From: Rhizophagus irregularis
Taxonomy: Eukaryota
Length of the DNA stretch: 64,000 bases
Direction: 5' to 3'
Assembly: GCF_026210795.1 (NCBI RefSeq)
Contig: NC_089436.1
Location: forward strand, 1,054,001 to 1,118,000
The translations under genes and the position numbers were made by a program. Within the stretch, counting starts at the first letter, position 1; every line of letters begins with the position of its first letter. The notes below the pieces were generated by a model. It made no database searches and was not told the DNA's origin. It was given only the letters and a program-made list of their open reading frames with translations. Shown piece after piece: positions 40,538 through 52,629 of the stretch.

Positions 40538-42266
40538 GATTTGCCAATGATCATGGTATTTGTCGTAATAAGAGTCACGTCAAATGCTTTAGTTTGTTTA
40601 GATTTTTAGAGAAGCGAAAGGTACTATTGCGTCTTCTAAATTTAGTTCTTCACTTAGTACAAGAATTTTGTTTACATCAAGCTTCATTTGTGATCTTTTT
40701 TAGAATAAAGGAAATAATTAGATAATTAATTGTACGCCCATAATTCATTAATAATTTGAAGTCTGCCATTAAAAGAAAAAAAAATTCATCTTAATTTTTT
40801 AAAACAAAAAAAAATCTTAATTAAAAAAAAATCAATCTCAAAAATACCAATCGAATGGTCGCGAGCGGCTACGGAATATTTGATACGAGAAAGAAAATCT
40901 TAACTTCGTTACTCTATGAGAAAAAAGTTTTACAAATAAAAATTATATAAGCTATATCGTAATGTTATAACAAAGACGAATTGATTCTTGATATATGTTC
41001 TGAGAATAATTCTAATCAATCCAGATTTTATCTTCACTATTCGAGTTTTACATGTATTATTATATTAAATAAGCAATCAATCATTGTTAGGATCAGCTAT
41101 ATCACAAATTTTAGGACAGTATATATTTGCAAAAAAAAAAAAATTAAAAGATGTTTATTGGCAATTTAATTAGGAATAATTGTGAAATGATAATAAATTA
41201 CGTATCACGCGTTTCCATATACTCATGGCCAATAAGGCAAATAAATGATGTTCGGAACTACCATAAATGGTAAATTCTTCGGGGTATAATTTTTTTACTA
41301 TATATAAATTCCGTGGGAAAATAATTGTTGGCAAATCTTACTATAATTACTATAATTCGTGTCCATTACATAATTTGTTATTTAAAAATAATCAGAGAAA
41401 TAAATCGTTTCTAATTTAAAATTCTTTATTCGCAAAATTAGTTTCTGACTTATGGCGCAGTAAAACATGACTTTTGTTACTTTTGTTTCGTTTATATATA
41501 TAGTAATATTTATGTAATAAAAATAAATAATTATTTTTATTTATTTGTTGACATTTGATAAATGTGAGATATATATGCATTAAATGAACTTAAATTAGCG
41601 TTAGATCAGGTTACCAAGATTATCTAATCTATTTTTAATAAGTAATGAGAGCAAATAACGTGTCATTTTCAATACGTCAATAATTTATGCAATCAGTCAG
41701 CTATTATATGCATTGCATTATTTATTTTAATTTATATTATATTTTTATGTTTGCACAATTGGACACAATTGGATGAAAAGAAATGATTGATTGACTTAAA
41801 ATTTCGTTTTATTTTCGACATTAGTAAGCAACTTTATCAAAAAAAGAAAAAAAATTATTAATGCGCAGAAAATATCGTAGACTATATTTATTTAGAGTTC
41901 TATCACATGTACTAACTTTTTTAAACAACCACCTCCCTTTTTTACAATAATTAAAATTCAGCCATTAGCGTTGATCATTTTTTTAAATCACTGCTATTGG
42001 ACAGCACGTGATTATATCCAAACTGCTTAATTACAATGTTTGTTTGTTATCTCTTAAATTAAAGTCACGAATCAGAAAAATATGTATTATTATAAAAACG
42101 ATCTAGTATTTCATCCATTCATTTTCCTTTACCTCTTAAATTTTTTTTTTTTTAATTAAAAAATAATTTCTCTTTTTTTGGGGGGTCTGTCTTTTAATTA
42201 TTATATTAGTTAATATTTTAAGGGGTGGGGACTGAGGATGATTTGTTGCACGTGATCACAAATGCT

Positions 42267-42503
42267 TATTGTCCGGAGCGTAGCGAAGGACTTTTTATTC
42301 TTATAATCGAACTAACAATTTTGGATTAACCCATGAAATTTTCCTTCTGTCCATCCGCTGACGTCACCTCACTAATTACCCCTGCTTTTTCCTTTCTTGA
42401 TTATGCACTGTAACACTGCTTATTTTATTTGGTGTTACGTATTTTTATATTATGCGAGTAAATAAGCGCGACGGACTTTAACAGTTTCCGTTTCCTTCCT
42501 AGT
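42267..42503 (+). mobile_element. Putative Helitron/Helentron-derived short element
   Basis: 5' hairpin GTCC-GGAGCGTAGCGAA-GGAC, internal CTGTCCATCCG and 3' end ...TTCCTAGT. No TIR or TSD. Confidence 0.4.
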
Positions 42504-43339
42504 AATAAAATATTATTATTAACAGTGCTGCAGGTGGGGGACATATTCTGTTATTAATAATTTTTTTTTATTTTATCAAAGCAAAAACGCTTGAACTAGA
42601 TTTTTCAAAGTACAATTCTAACTAATTTAATTTCTTGTTTCATTTATTAGCTAATAGGCGGCGCAAATTTTGATAAATATCTGGAAATGATAAGGGTTAA
42701 AAGCAATTTTTATTTGGGATAAAAAACGATAAAAAATAGTCATAAGATAATTTCATTAATGTTCTTATTTGCACGCAGCTGATTTCGTAAATTGAAAGTC
42801 CATCAATCGTGAGACGACACATTAATCAGCCCACAACCCGTAAAAGCCCCGCCAGCACAGCCAATACAGGAGACCAACCCCACGCCGCCGGAGCCGAAAA
42901 TACGTAGGAATGGTAGTAGGGAGCTTAATAACATGTAAGTACACTTTTTGAAAATTGGCTCCATTTAATAACTTGATAATTCAATATAATTAAATTAACT
43001 TGGTTGGTTTTTTTTAAAATTAATCATGATAGATACGTTAAATAGTATGTTCTAGTTAAATAAAGATTAGTATAAGACATTTGACTCCTATAGTAAAAAT
43101 AATTTATATAGGTAATATAATGATCGTGAACAAAGTAAAAAATTCCTAATTGTATATAAACTATTTATATAGCTAAAGTATTGCTAATATTGAAATGGAA
43201 AAAGTTGTGCTGATAAGTTATGTGCGATATGTGCGATAACGATATTAATAAGCGAAGACAAATCAACTTTTAAATTAGGTGATATATTCTTTAAAAATTT
43301 GAGTAGTTTCAAAAATATTATGTATATCAGTAGAATAAG

Positions 43340-44325
43340 ACTATACGTTATACGAACTACCTAATAATCACAGCCCATTTTCTCAACCTAAAATCATTCA
43401 ATCACCAACACTTCAACATCCTAATCCAGTTGTTTTCAAACAACTTCGTCACTTGCCTGCGAAATTGATTCCACTCCGTTACGGTAACTACATCAAGGCT
43501 GGTTCTGCTGAAAAAAAACGGTTTCGAAAACGTGAGAAAAACCGGTTGCGTAGGATACGCGCACGCAACAAGAAAAAGATACCGCCTCTAACACAAGGTC
43601 TTCTCTCTTCGGATTTTTTACTAATATTAACCTTTTTGATTATAAAGTTAGAAACGATTCGACGTTAGTTCAATTCCACAATACAACTACGGATACAGTA
43701 AGGCACTCATTTTACATAATATACGCAAGACCAATCCTCCTGTCATGATTGACACCTTACCGGCAGATAAAATGACTGACATTACTTTCGTCATATCAGA
43801 AAAAGACTGTAACATCATTAACGAACCGTCCGTCTTTTTACGATGTACACCTCCACCAGATTGTGAATCAACCACCACCATTAGTGATCGCTCATACGTG
43901 TCAGCCGAGGAACCGGTAGATACTGTCGTCTACCCACCCACTCCGGCCCACGAATAGATATATGACAGAAACAATTCCGGACCTATACAATATGCATAAT
44001 TCCACACCTGACAGTATTTACGTGTGGCGTTCTCGGACAAAAGAACAATACGTGAGATCGAATATGTTAGAACTGCCTTTTTATTATAGCTTCTGTTCGC
44101 TCTTCTTTTTTTTGTTTTTTCTTTCCTTAGCCTTTTACTCTCGTGCGTAGTGGGCGGGACGTGTTCAGCCACAGGTTTATTTTTCGACACCAGGGTGGCG
44201 CTGTCAGATTTGGCGGTTCGTACACGATTTAGTTTAGAATTACTTTAGGCTTACGAATAGTTTGTCCCTGTAATTTGTATCGTGACTTTGTTTACCTGGA
44301 AATTAAAAATAAAAATAAAGATAAA
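43340..44325 (+). mobile_element. GC-elevated insert with broken ORF and A-rich tail; possible 3' end of a non-LTR retroelement or retrocopy
   Basis: Higher GC than the flanks, frameshifted coding-like sequence (KKRFRKREKNRLRRIRARNKKK, then a Pro/Thr/Asp-rich part), a GT-rich 3' segment, and the ending CCTGGAAATTAAAAATAAAAATAAAGATAAA. No RT motifs seen. Confidence 0.4.
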
Positions 44326-45074
44326 CCATATAAATTATAAATGCATTATATAATAAAAAAAAATTTTTTTAATTTATATTGTTTATTTAAATTATGTCTT
44401 TTTTCGATTATTCTTATTAATAAAAATATTACTATTATCAATATTATCAAAGTTATATTCAATAATATTAAGAATCACTAATTCGGAACACATTATTCTT
44501 AAATTCGAAAAATCCATTATTTTTTATTTAAGAATTTTTTTTTAAAAAAAAATCTTATTGTTCAATAGAAAACCACTTTACTTCTATTAAAATATAAACT
44601 TCTTAAAACGGAATTCTCTACGTTATTTCAATTACTCTTTATCATTCGATCACACTATGGAATGTGACATTGAAAATCCGCACCACGTGCACACCTATTG
44701 CAAGAAAAATTCTATTCTATGGAAAAATTATTCATGACTGTATCATTAAAAAACCAATAATTTCCTAATAAAACGAAAAAAATATTTATTAAAACCTTTC
44801 CTATTTCAATCGTTTCCTTTATTATAAAAAATGAATCTTGATACCAAATTACCTCTTTATTAACAAAACAAATAGAAATATTTATATTTAATCTTTGTTC
44901 TATCGATTTTCGAGTTTAATAAAACTAAATTTATTTATTTATAATACTCTATTATAGATGTACGTACACTCCATAATATCAAAGTGTGTATTATGATCCG
45001 CTACTAGTTAACTAGGAAGAACTTTGCGGAGAGAATTTCTTACCATGATGTGAACACAAGAAAAAGGAAAGAAC

Positions 45075-45332
45075 AAGGGTAGGGTACACAGATGCATCGC
45101 CATTATAATGGAGTTAAATGGAGTAAAGTTTTGATTTGCGTACAATTTAAGAATTTTCGTCCATAGTTAGATCGTATTTTTTATCAAAATTTTTTATATG
45201 TAAAAAATTAGTTTGCGTATTTTTGACCTAAATTTGGTTAATATTACATATACGGTACTTATATATATCATACTTATTTAGTTAACCGCATTGTAATATT
45301 TAATATTATTATTGAAAAAAATGGTAAATTTT
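45075..45332 (+). mobile_element. 5' half of a non-autonomous element (family of 62053..62465)
   Basis: Shares, in order, GGGTAGGGTACAC, AGTTTTGATTTGCGTACAATT, GTTAACCGCATTGTAATATT and TATTATTGAAAAAAATGGTAAATT with 62055-62278. Confidence 0.75.
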
Positions 45333-46105
45333 ATAGCGAATGTACTGTAGATTAAATATATTAAATTATTAATGAATATCGTTGATCCTATGGACCGTTA
45401 TTTTTGCCGTAAATATGCGAATGTGGATCAAATATATTAAGATATGTGTTCCTGATCCAAAGGGTGTTCCTGATCCCCAAGGATGGAGAACCAGGTAACA
45501 CAAATGATATGTACAGTAAATGTTGAAATTATATATTCAAGATGAAATAATCAAATGTTCCTCTTTTTAGGAAAATGTAAAAAATTGAAAAAGAGACAAG
45601 AAGGTTGATTAGAATTCCAAAAATCAGCCCATACGAAATTGTGGGAAAAATCACAATATCATTGGCGAATGTAGATTTAGTCCGCTCCAAAATAATTTTT
45701 AGTTTAAGTTCTCCCCCTCCCCCCCTTTATTTTTAAAAATTCCAAAGGTAATATGTTCACATATGCTGATATGCCCCTTCTCTTTTCTAAAAATTGAGTG
45801 GTACCGAATGTTTCCGATTTTACCGAATATTTCCGAATTTTTAATATGTTAAATTATTCCCTCCTCCTCCTCAAATTTAAGGGCGTTAAACTAATATTTA
45901 GTTCGGAATGACCTTAAATATATTGAAAATCGTCGATCTTATGGACCCGTACCAAAATATATTAAGATATGCACAATATCATTGGCGAATATTAAATATG
46001 TGGGAAAAAATTAGTATGTCAGTAAATTTATAATAATTCATTTTCTTATAAATATCACCGAATTTTGACCTAATAAAAAATATCAAATCCATATTCATCA
46101 TAAAA

Positions 46106-46294
46106 ATGGTCTCTATTTCTCCACTCAAAATTTTCATTTACTTTTTTTGCTTAACATGTTTAATTGTGGAAGTCTATCCTCAGATTAGATGTTTGAGCAT
46201 AAAAGATCCATGCGAGTCTTGCCTCTGTTCATGCGAACTTCATGAAACTAAAGAACAATGTCAAAAAGGATGTGCATCTCAATGTGACAATTAA
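46106..46294 (+). CDS. Small secreted cysteine-rich peptide (62 aa; candidate effector or antimicrobial)
   Basis: Hydrophobic signal-like N-terminus (LKIFIYFFCLTCLIVEVYP) then 37 aa with 8 Cys, C-x6-C-x2-C-x-C-x-C-x8-C-x3-C-x3-C. AAAAATGG start context and TATAAATA about 60 bp upstream. Confidence 0.75.
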   Translation: MVSISPLKIFIYFFCLTCLIVEVYPQIRCLSIKDPCESCLCSCELHETKEQCQKGCASQCDN

Positions 46295-46685
46295 TTACCA
46301 CATATTACATCAAATATCACTTAACAAGAATCTTTACGAATCAATATTTCCCAATTAAAATTGGTGAATAATTTATTTTATATTTAAATTCCGTCCTTTT
46401 TACATTAACAATTCTTAATAAATATGTATACTATATACTGTATTTAATTATTTATCTGTTATGTATTTATTTATCAAATTAATTTTGACATTTTAAAATA
46501 ATTATTCAATTTTGAATCATTAAGTTGATTGCATCAAAGTATTATTTTTTTCTGGGCCAAAACAAATACAATGTTCTTATCAGAAATGTTATTTATTGTA
46601 TTAATGTTATAAATTACAAGAATAGAAAATCATTATTCAGTATAGTAATAAAAAAAACTTAATAAATCACACGTTTATTTATTGT

Positions 46686-46819
46686 CCATATAAAAATTTT
46701 TCAGAAAAATAATCACGTGTCTGAGTTTCTTCAGAATGAAAATTTAGAAATCAGCTTTTAAAAAATTGCAAAAATTTTTGTTGATCAATTTTTTTTGCGA
46801 TTTTTAAAAGCTGATTTCT
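46686..46819. mobile_element. MITE family A end followed by a 74-bp hairpin
   Basis: CCATATAAAAATTTTTTCAGAAAAATAATCACGTGTCTGAGTTTCTTC matches family A. The hairpin AGAAATCAGCTTTTAAAAA...TTTTTAAAAGCTGATTTCT spans 46746-46819. Confidence 0.65.
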
Positions 46820-47114
46820 TAATAAAACTAGTAATTCAATTATTTCAATTCTTGAAATCTAAGCTATTTATGATTCGAAAAAATCAGATTTTGGGATTTA
46901 TTTTTCTCTATCTGTTCTGGTTAAAAAAGTTGAAAATCCACTTTTTTACATTTCAGATAATTTTAAAAATTTTTTTGCTATAAATTAAACAAAAAAATAC
47001 TTGTTAATTGCCCTCGGATATTCAAGCTTTAAAAATAAATATAATAATATTATATCAATACTAATTGCTTTATATTGTAAATTTAAAATAAAAGTTATAC
47101 GATAATTATGGAAG

Positions 47115-47208
47115 TTATAGAAGCCATGATGTCTGAAATTTTATTTGCGTATTTTTGTACTACATACTCATGTAAAAAAGTCTCCGCGTACAGCTCATAC
47201 GACCCCTA
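47115..47208 (+). mobile_element. 3' half of the element begun at 45075
   Basis: ATAGAAGCCATGAT, TGAAATTTTATTTGCGTATTTTTG, TACTCAT..GTAAAAAA..TCTCCGC and GACCCCT match 62328-62465. Confidence 0.7.
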
Positions 47209-47944
47209 TAAATACTTAGCTAACTAGTTTTTTTTGGCGTCCGGAATTTATGATTCTTAGTATTTTTGATTGATTGATTTATTGTAACAGGTATATTTTT
47301 TTATTTAACTAGGCTGCTTATCAAAAAATTCTTCAACTTGCATATACTAAAACACCGTGTCTCTCTTGATAAAATTATATACAATAACATATAATACTCC
47401 ACAACATATTACTGATAGAAAAATTAATATCAATCAAAATTATAGTATTAATAATAGCCAAGATGATGTAATCAGGATGTATAAAATTGAAACAAAAAAT
47501 CAAACTTGTATTCTTTCTCACATTTTAGCGATTTTATAATTCCGTATAGAATCTATTAAATAATGTGAAATTTTTTTACGTTATACACCGACAAATAAAT
47601 AATTTATTGCTAGTGAAAATAACAATGTAAGTATATTGATATATACGATATGTTCTGGTAAATGATCCTTTCTAAATAAAGAAGAAATAAAATATTAATT
47701 TTACCGTGTTTTTTAATTTTCTTTTATTTCTTTGTTATCTTTTTAGCTTGTATTTTATTTGTTTATTCGCGTTAAAACTTAACATCACAATATAAAAAAC
47801 TGCAATATCGAACTAATTTCTCTGGGATTCATCTTCCATTTGAAGAAATATTTTATAGTTTTATAAAAATACCATTGTTATATATTGTACATATTTATAA
47901 CGAAAAATTAACTAAATCTTTATTATCATTTTTTTACCTTTAAG

Positions 47945-48240
47945 ATGGTAGAGTCACCAACAAAACGCCAAAAGTATCAAGACAAAACCAAACCAAAACT
48001 GGAAAAAAATGAGAGAAGAAGAAATAAACGTACTGAAAAATAAATGAATTCGTTAAACCACCACCACGGTCGCCAAATCGTTTCATTCTTTACCGTAAAC
48101 ACTACGTACAAGATAGAATTGAATTAGATCTGATTCAAATAATCCTGCTAATATGAGGGATGTTGCAATAATGGTTGCTCAAGCAAGAAACTTCCGAAGT
48201 AAAACAACATTGGGACCAAGTGGCGGAACGTATTGATCTT
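47945..48240 (+). pseudogene. MATA-type HMG-box pseudogene
   Basis: KPPPRSPNRFILYRKHY, then after a frameshift NMRDVAIMVAQA, then after a deletion ETSEVKQHWDQVAER. The upstream frame is closed by TAA. Confidence 0.8.
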
Positions 48241-48989
48241 AAAGGTCATCTTTTGATGTTATCAATGGAAAGGATATGTCAGAAAGGAGTCCTGTATGAG
48301 TTGTGGTGTATGAAGTAAATTGATATGTATAGTATGATTTATATGATTTATGAAACCAATATTGTGTATGTATTCATTTTTTTTTTCATTTCTCAATATC
48401 TGATATTGCCCAATATTATACTAATGCCTCAAGTATTTTGGCCAGCATTTACTAAGCCAGCCGTCATCTGACTCACATCAGCTGTCAGTTGACACAATAA
48501 GGCCGATTACGATTTAATTCTGGCCGGCATTAATAAGAACCAATTTACAGTCAGTATCATCAACCATAATCGTGACATCTAATTTTTTAAGAGCTGTGTA
48601 TATTGTAAAATATATAGACAGTTTCGTTATAAATGATCACGATAGTTTGCATTTTAACTGGATAAATAATCCTTTTTTAACCTGTCAACTTTCCATCCAA
48701 GCTCTATAATGAGCGAGATGTCTGCCCAAGGTGGAATCTGAATGAAATTGTAGTGTAGTTCGTAAATATATTCGAGCTATATATGAAACTAATTAAAGCG
48801 CGTTTAAATAATTGTACTTATATAAGACTATATATTCATAATCGAAGCTTATGTTGATCAGCAGTTGATGCTATTGTAGCTTCATTTACTGTTTATATTA
48901 AACTGATTAAAAAAGCTTTCGCCTAAATTAGTTATTCAGAAGCAATATCGTTAAGTTGAAAGTAGTGAACCTTTGTATCCGACAGTAAT

Positions 48990-49265
48990 AAACAATGGAT
49001 AATTTAATCTTGCTATATCAAGACTTTTGACAAATAAATTTCGCAGATTTACCAATAGCACGTTACGATTCCATAATTCGGCTTTTTCATCCAGATTCAA
49101 TTTTGAATCTTCCATACATATCAAATTAAGAATAAATTGAACTAAAAGCACTTGTCTTTTAATATTCTCAACGAATCAAAGTAATGACCATATTCTCATC
49201 AGTATTTAACTATCACTGATCTAATTACGAAATTTTGATTGCAGCCATAATTTTTGCATCATGAG
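48990..49265 (-). pseudogene. Kinase-family N-terminal relic
   Basis: IKRQSAFSSIYS and MEDSKLNLDEKAELWNRN, compared with the intact MEGPRKNLDEEAEVWTRN. Confidence 0.7.
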
Positions 49266-51386
49266 CTGTAGTTGTAGTCGTTAATAGATTCATAATTTAA
49301 AATACTAGCCTCTTGAAATCTGAAAGGGCTCAATGAACAAGATGATAATTCAAGGGAATAATAAAATATTTTTTTTTAATATATTACAGTGTAGTTCATA
49401 TATTGCATCATTACACGTGACTTTTAACGAGGAATCAATGATTTATTATTTTTGAAATAAAAACGTTGCTGAAGCAATCGATACATAAAAATTGCGAACT
49501 ACGTAACTGCTGTTACCAAAAGTAACTAGAATACATATAAAAAATTTATAACTACTCTTTAGGGAAGAATTCGGATGTGAATAGAATCATGTTGCCGAAA
49601 TTTCAGGTTTCGTTTTCTGCCAGTCATTCCTGAAACTGAAAAGTCGAAATTCAAGCCGAAATTGTCTGGCTGGCACTATACATTTTGGCCCGCATTATTA
49701 ACTGTGTAACATGAATTTGTGTAACACAAAAATCCATCACAGGCATGAAATTTCTCTCACCTGTGGCGAAACTTTATCCGATGGCACGTGATTTATAATT
49801 ATGACCGGCACCACAAATTTGGCCAGAAATACCAAATAATTTCGGCCATGTTCTTAAATTTCGGCCAGAGTTTCGCTTCGGATTTCAAACCTTTCAGATT
49901 CGGCCATATTTTCGGAAAATTTATAAGCGAAAATATAATGTTTGTGACTACCTATATCTTATATTACTATTACTTCTTTTCTCAGGGGCTTTTGTTTTTT
50001 TTTCTTGGTTTATAGCTTCGTAGCGGGAGTTTGGATAGTAGTTTTAATGTATTTATAATAACTGATATATTTGTAATAATTAAGATGTCACAGAACATAC
50101 AACGACGGAAATAACGAACTGAAGACAAAATTTGAAAATAATGACATAATAGTAATAATAACGACTTTGCACCGAATTTACGTTAAGTGGATCAAATAAT
50201 TGCAGAACGAAAAGTATTATGTCATAAAATTTTCGAGACGATATTATAATACAACATAACAGTATCCATCTGTTTGGAATAAAATAAATTATTACGTCCT
50301 TTTTTTTATATACAATAAAGTTATACATAGAAAATATATGATATTATACGTGTATTTCATAAATTTTCTATAGTCCACAAACTGCTACACATGAATGATA
50401 TGCATTAACTTTAAATGAGGGCACTTGTCAGCCTTCAACTTTGGCAAAACTTCTCGAAAGGTTTGAAATTCTGAATTAATTCTGTATAATTACGATATGG
50501 TTGATGTTATTGACAATATCTCATCGATAACAGATCCGTCGAGATAGGACTGTATAATTCACATGTTCTCATGATATCTTAGTATGACGAACACGCAAAG
50601 GGTTGTTGTATACCAAAATAATCTTTATGTATGTTTAGACTAAAAAAAAATAAAAAATAAGAAGACAATAGTTTAATCAGATGATCAATTGTACTTAAGA
50701 AAATTTTTTGATGACTCTTCCACAAATAAAATTATTTGTATTAGAAAGGGAAAACTATAATCCCAAATTTAGATGTATTATGGTCCAAAAAACAATGTAA
50801 AATTATTGGTAACTTATATATGCAGTACAATATCAGATATTGTTTAAAATGTACTGCGCGTAGTTAAGATTTAGTTAAGTCATAATAATTTTATTAAAAA
50901 AAAAATATTTATGTATATGCATTAGGAATTCTAAGTTAATATTTGTACAAAGAACACTGTCAATTACACAATCACGAGGGATGTTCGTAACAATAATTTG
51001 TGATACAGCATTCTCTAGTACTGCATAGAATATCTCCTTTTTAAGCGTACCGGGTAATAATAATATCTTAATTATGGTAGAGTTGGCTTAATTTTAGCCA
51101 TGTATCGAAAAGTACTTCGGATGTTAACACCAGATTTATGCGGTATTTTATGCGTTAAGTTAAATAAGTCTAATATAATGTTTTATTATACATTATTTGA
51201 TTGTCTTTGAAAATTTCGCAATTATTCCGTATCTATATATTTTTAAATAGTATCTGATAGTATTTAAATAAGCCTTATTTTGACCTTTAAAATATTCTTT
51301 CTTCTTATTTGTAAATTTATTTTTTTAAAAAAAAATTAAAATTATAACACGCATCCTTTCAGTTTGCCCTCCTTTTATTTCGAGAT

Positions 51387-52629
51387 ATGGATTTAGAAGG
51401 CACATTTGGCAATTGTTCTGATTGTAAAAGACAACGAAGTGCAACAGCATGGTGCAAAGAATGCGGCATTGCATTTTTGAAAGAAAATTTCCGTTACTGG
51501 ACCAGTGAAAGTTCTACGATAGATGAATTTATCAGACATACTCAGTTAAATGCTAATGAGAGTACGAGTGGATTGATTATGATCAATTTGACTTAGTCAG
51601 AAATGTTAATAAACGAGGTGCTTTCAGCTCTATATATTCTGCCACATGGATAGAAGGCCCAAGATGGAAACTGGATGAACAAGCCGATGTATGGACTCGT
51701 AGTGGCCCCATCAAGGTTATTCTAAAACGTTTAGATAATTCTCAATATATGAGTCAAGAATTTGTAAATCAAGTAAGTATATTCATATATGCAAGTCAAC
51801 AATGTTCGGCTTTCAATATTTCTGATTTTTTTTTTCTTAATTTTAAAAAAAGTTATATAGATATCACAAATGTTTGCAAAATGAAGCACTTGCAGATTAC
51901 TTTGGAATGACCAAAGATCCAACATCATGTTATATGTTTGTTATGAAATATTTTGAAAATGGAAATTTATATTCGTACCTTGAAGAATCTATGGGAATTC
52001 TTTGCTGGAAAGATATTATAGATATGTTGTGGTCAATATCTACGAGTCTTAATGCCATTCATAAACTAGGTCTTGTTCATGGACATTTACATGGAGGAAA
52101 TGTATTAGTTGAAAGCAAAGCGAATTCAATTGATGCTAAAATTGCTGATACTGGATTACATGGACATGTCGATAAACAAATATCATCCAAACAAATTTAC
52201 GGCGTAATACCTTTTGTTGCTCCAGAGATCTTTGGTGGAAATATACCAACCAAAGAATCTGATGTATACAGCTTTGGTATGATCATGTGGATGTTATCAG
52301 CTGGTGCACGCCCTTTTTGTGATAGACCTCACGATTCACAACTTATACAAGAAATATGCTCGGGATTAAGACCAAGTGTTATTAGTAGGACTCCACCTGT
52401 TTTCGCTAGATTAATGCTAGAATGTTTAAATTCTGATCCATCAGACAGACCAACAGCATTCCAAATTTATGAATCGTTAAGAAATTTGGTTTCTGATTTA
52501 TCAAATCAAATTGACGATGCTGAAATTCCATTCGTAAATTTAGAAAAGCTAAGTCTTAAGTCTTCATCATGTCATGAAGGAGCCATATATTTTAGCCGCC
52601 TATTTGATTCTATTAATATCAAATATTGA
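51387..52629 (+). pseudogene. TKL pseudokinase copy 1, frameshifted by a 10-bp deletion
   Basis: AGTAC^GAGTGG at 51565/51566 lacks the 10 nt (DYL codons) present in the paralogues. The rest is open, with intron 51773-51852, HGHLHGGN, DTG and APE. Confidence 0.85.

Noticed and set aside
49590..49920. GCCGAAA/TTCGGCC-rich stretch, possible TE
   Set aside because: Probably a decayed TIR element, but I could not define termini or a TSD.
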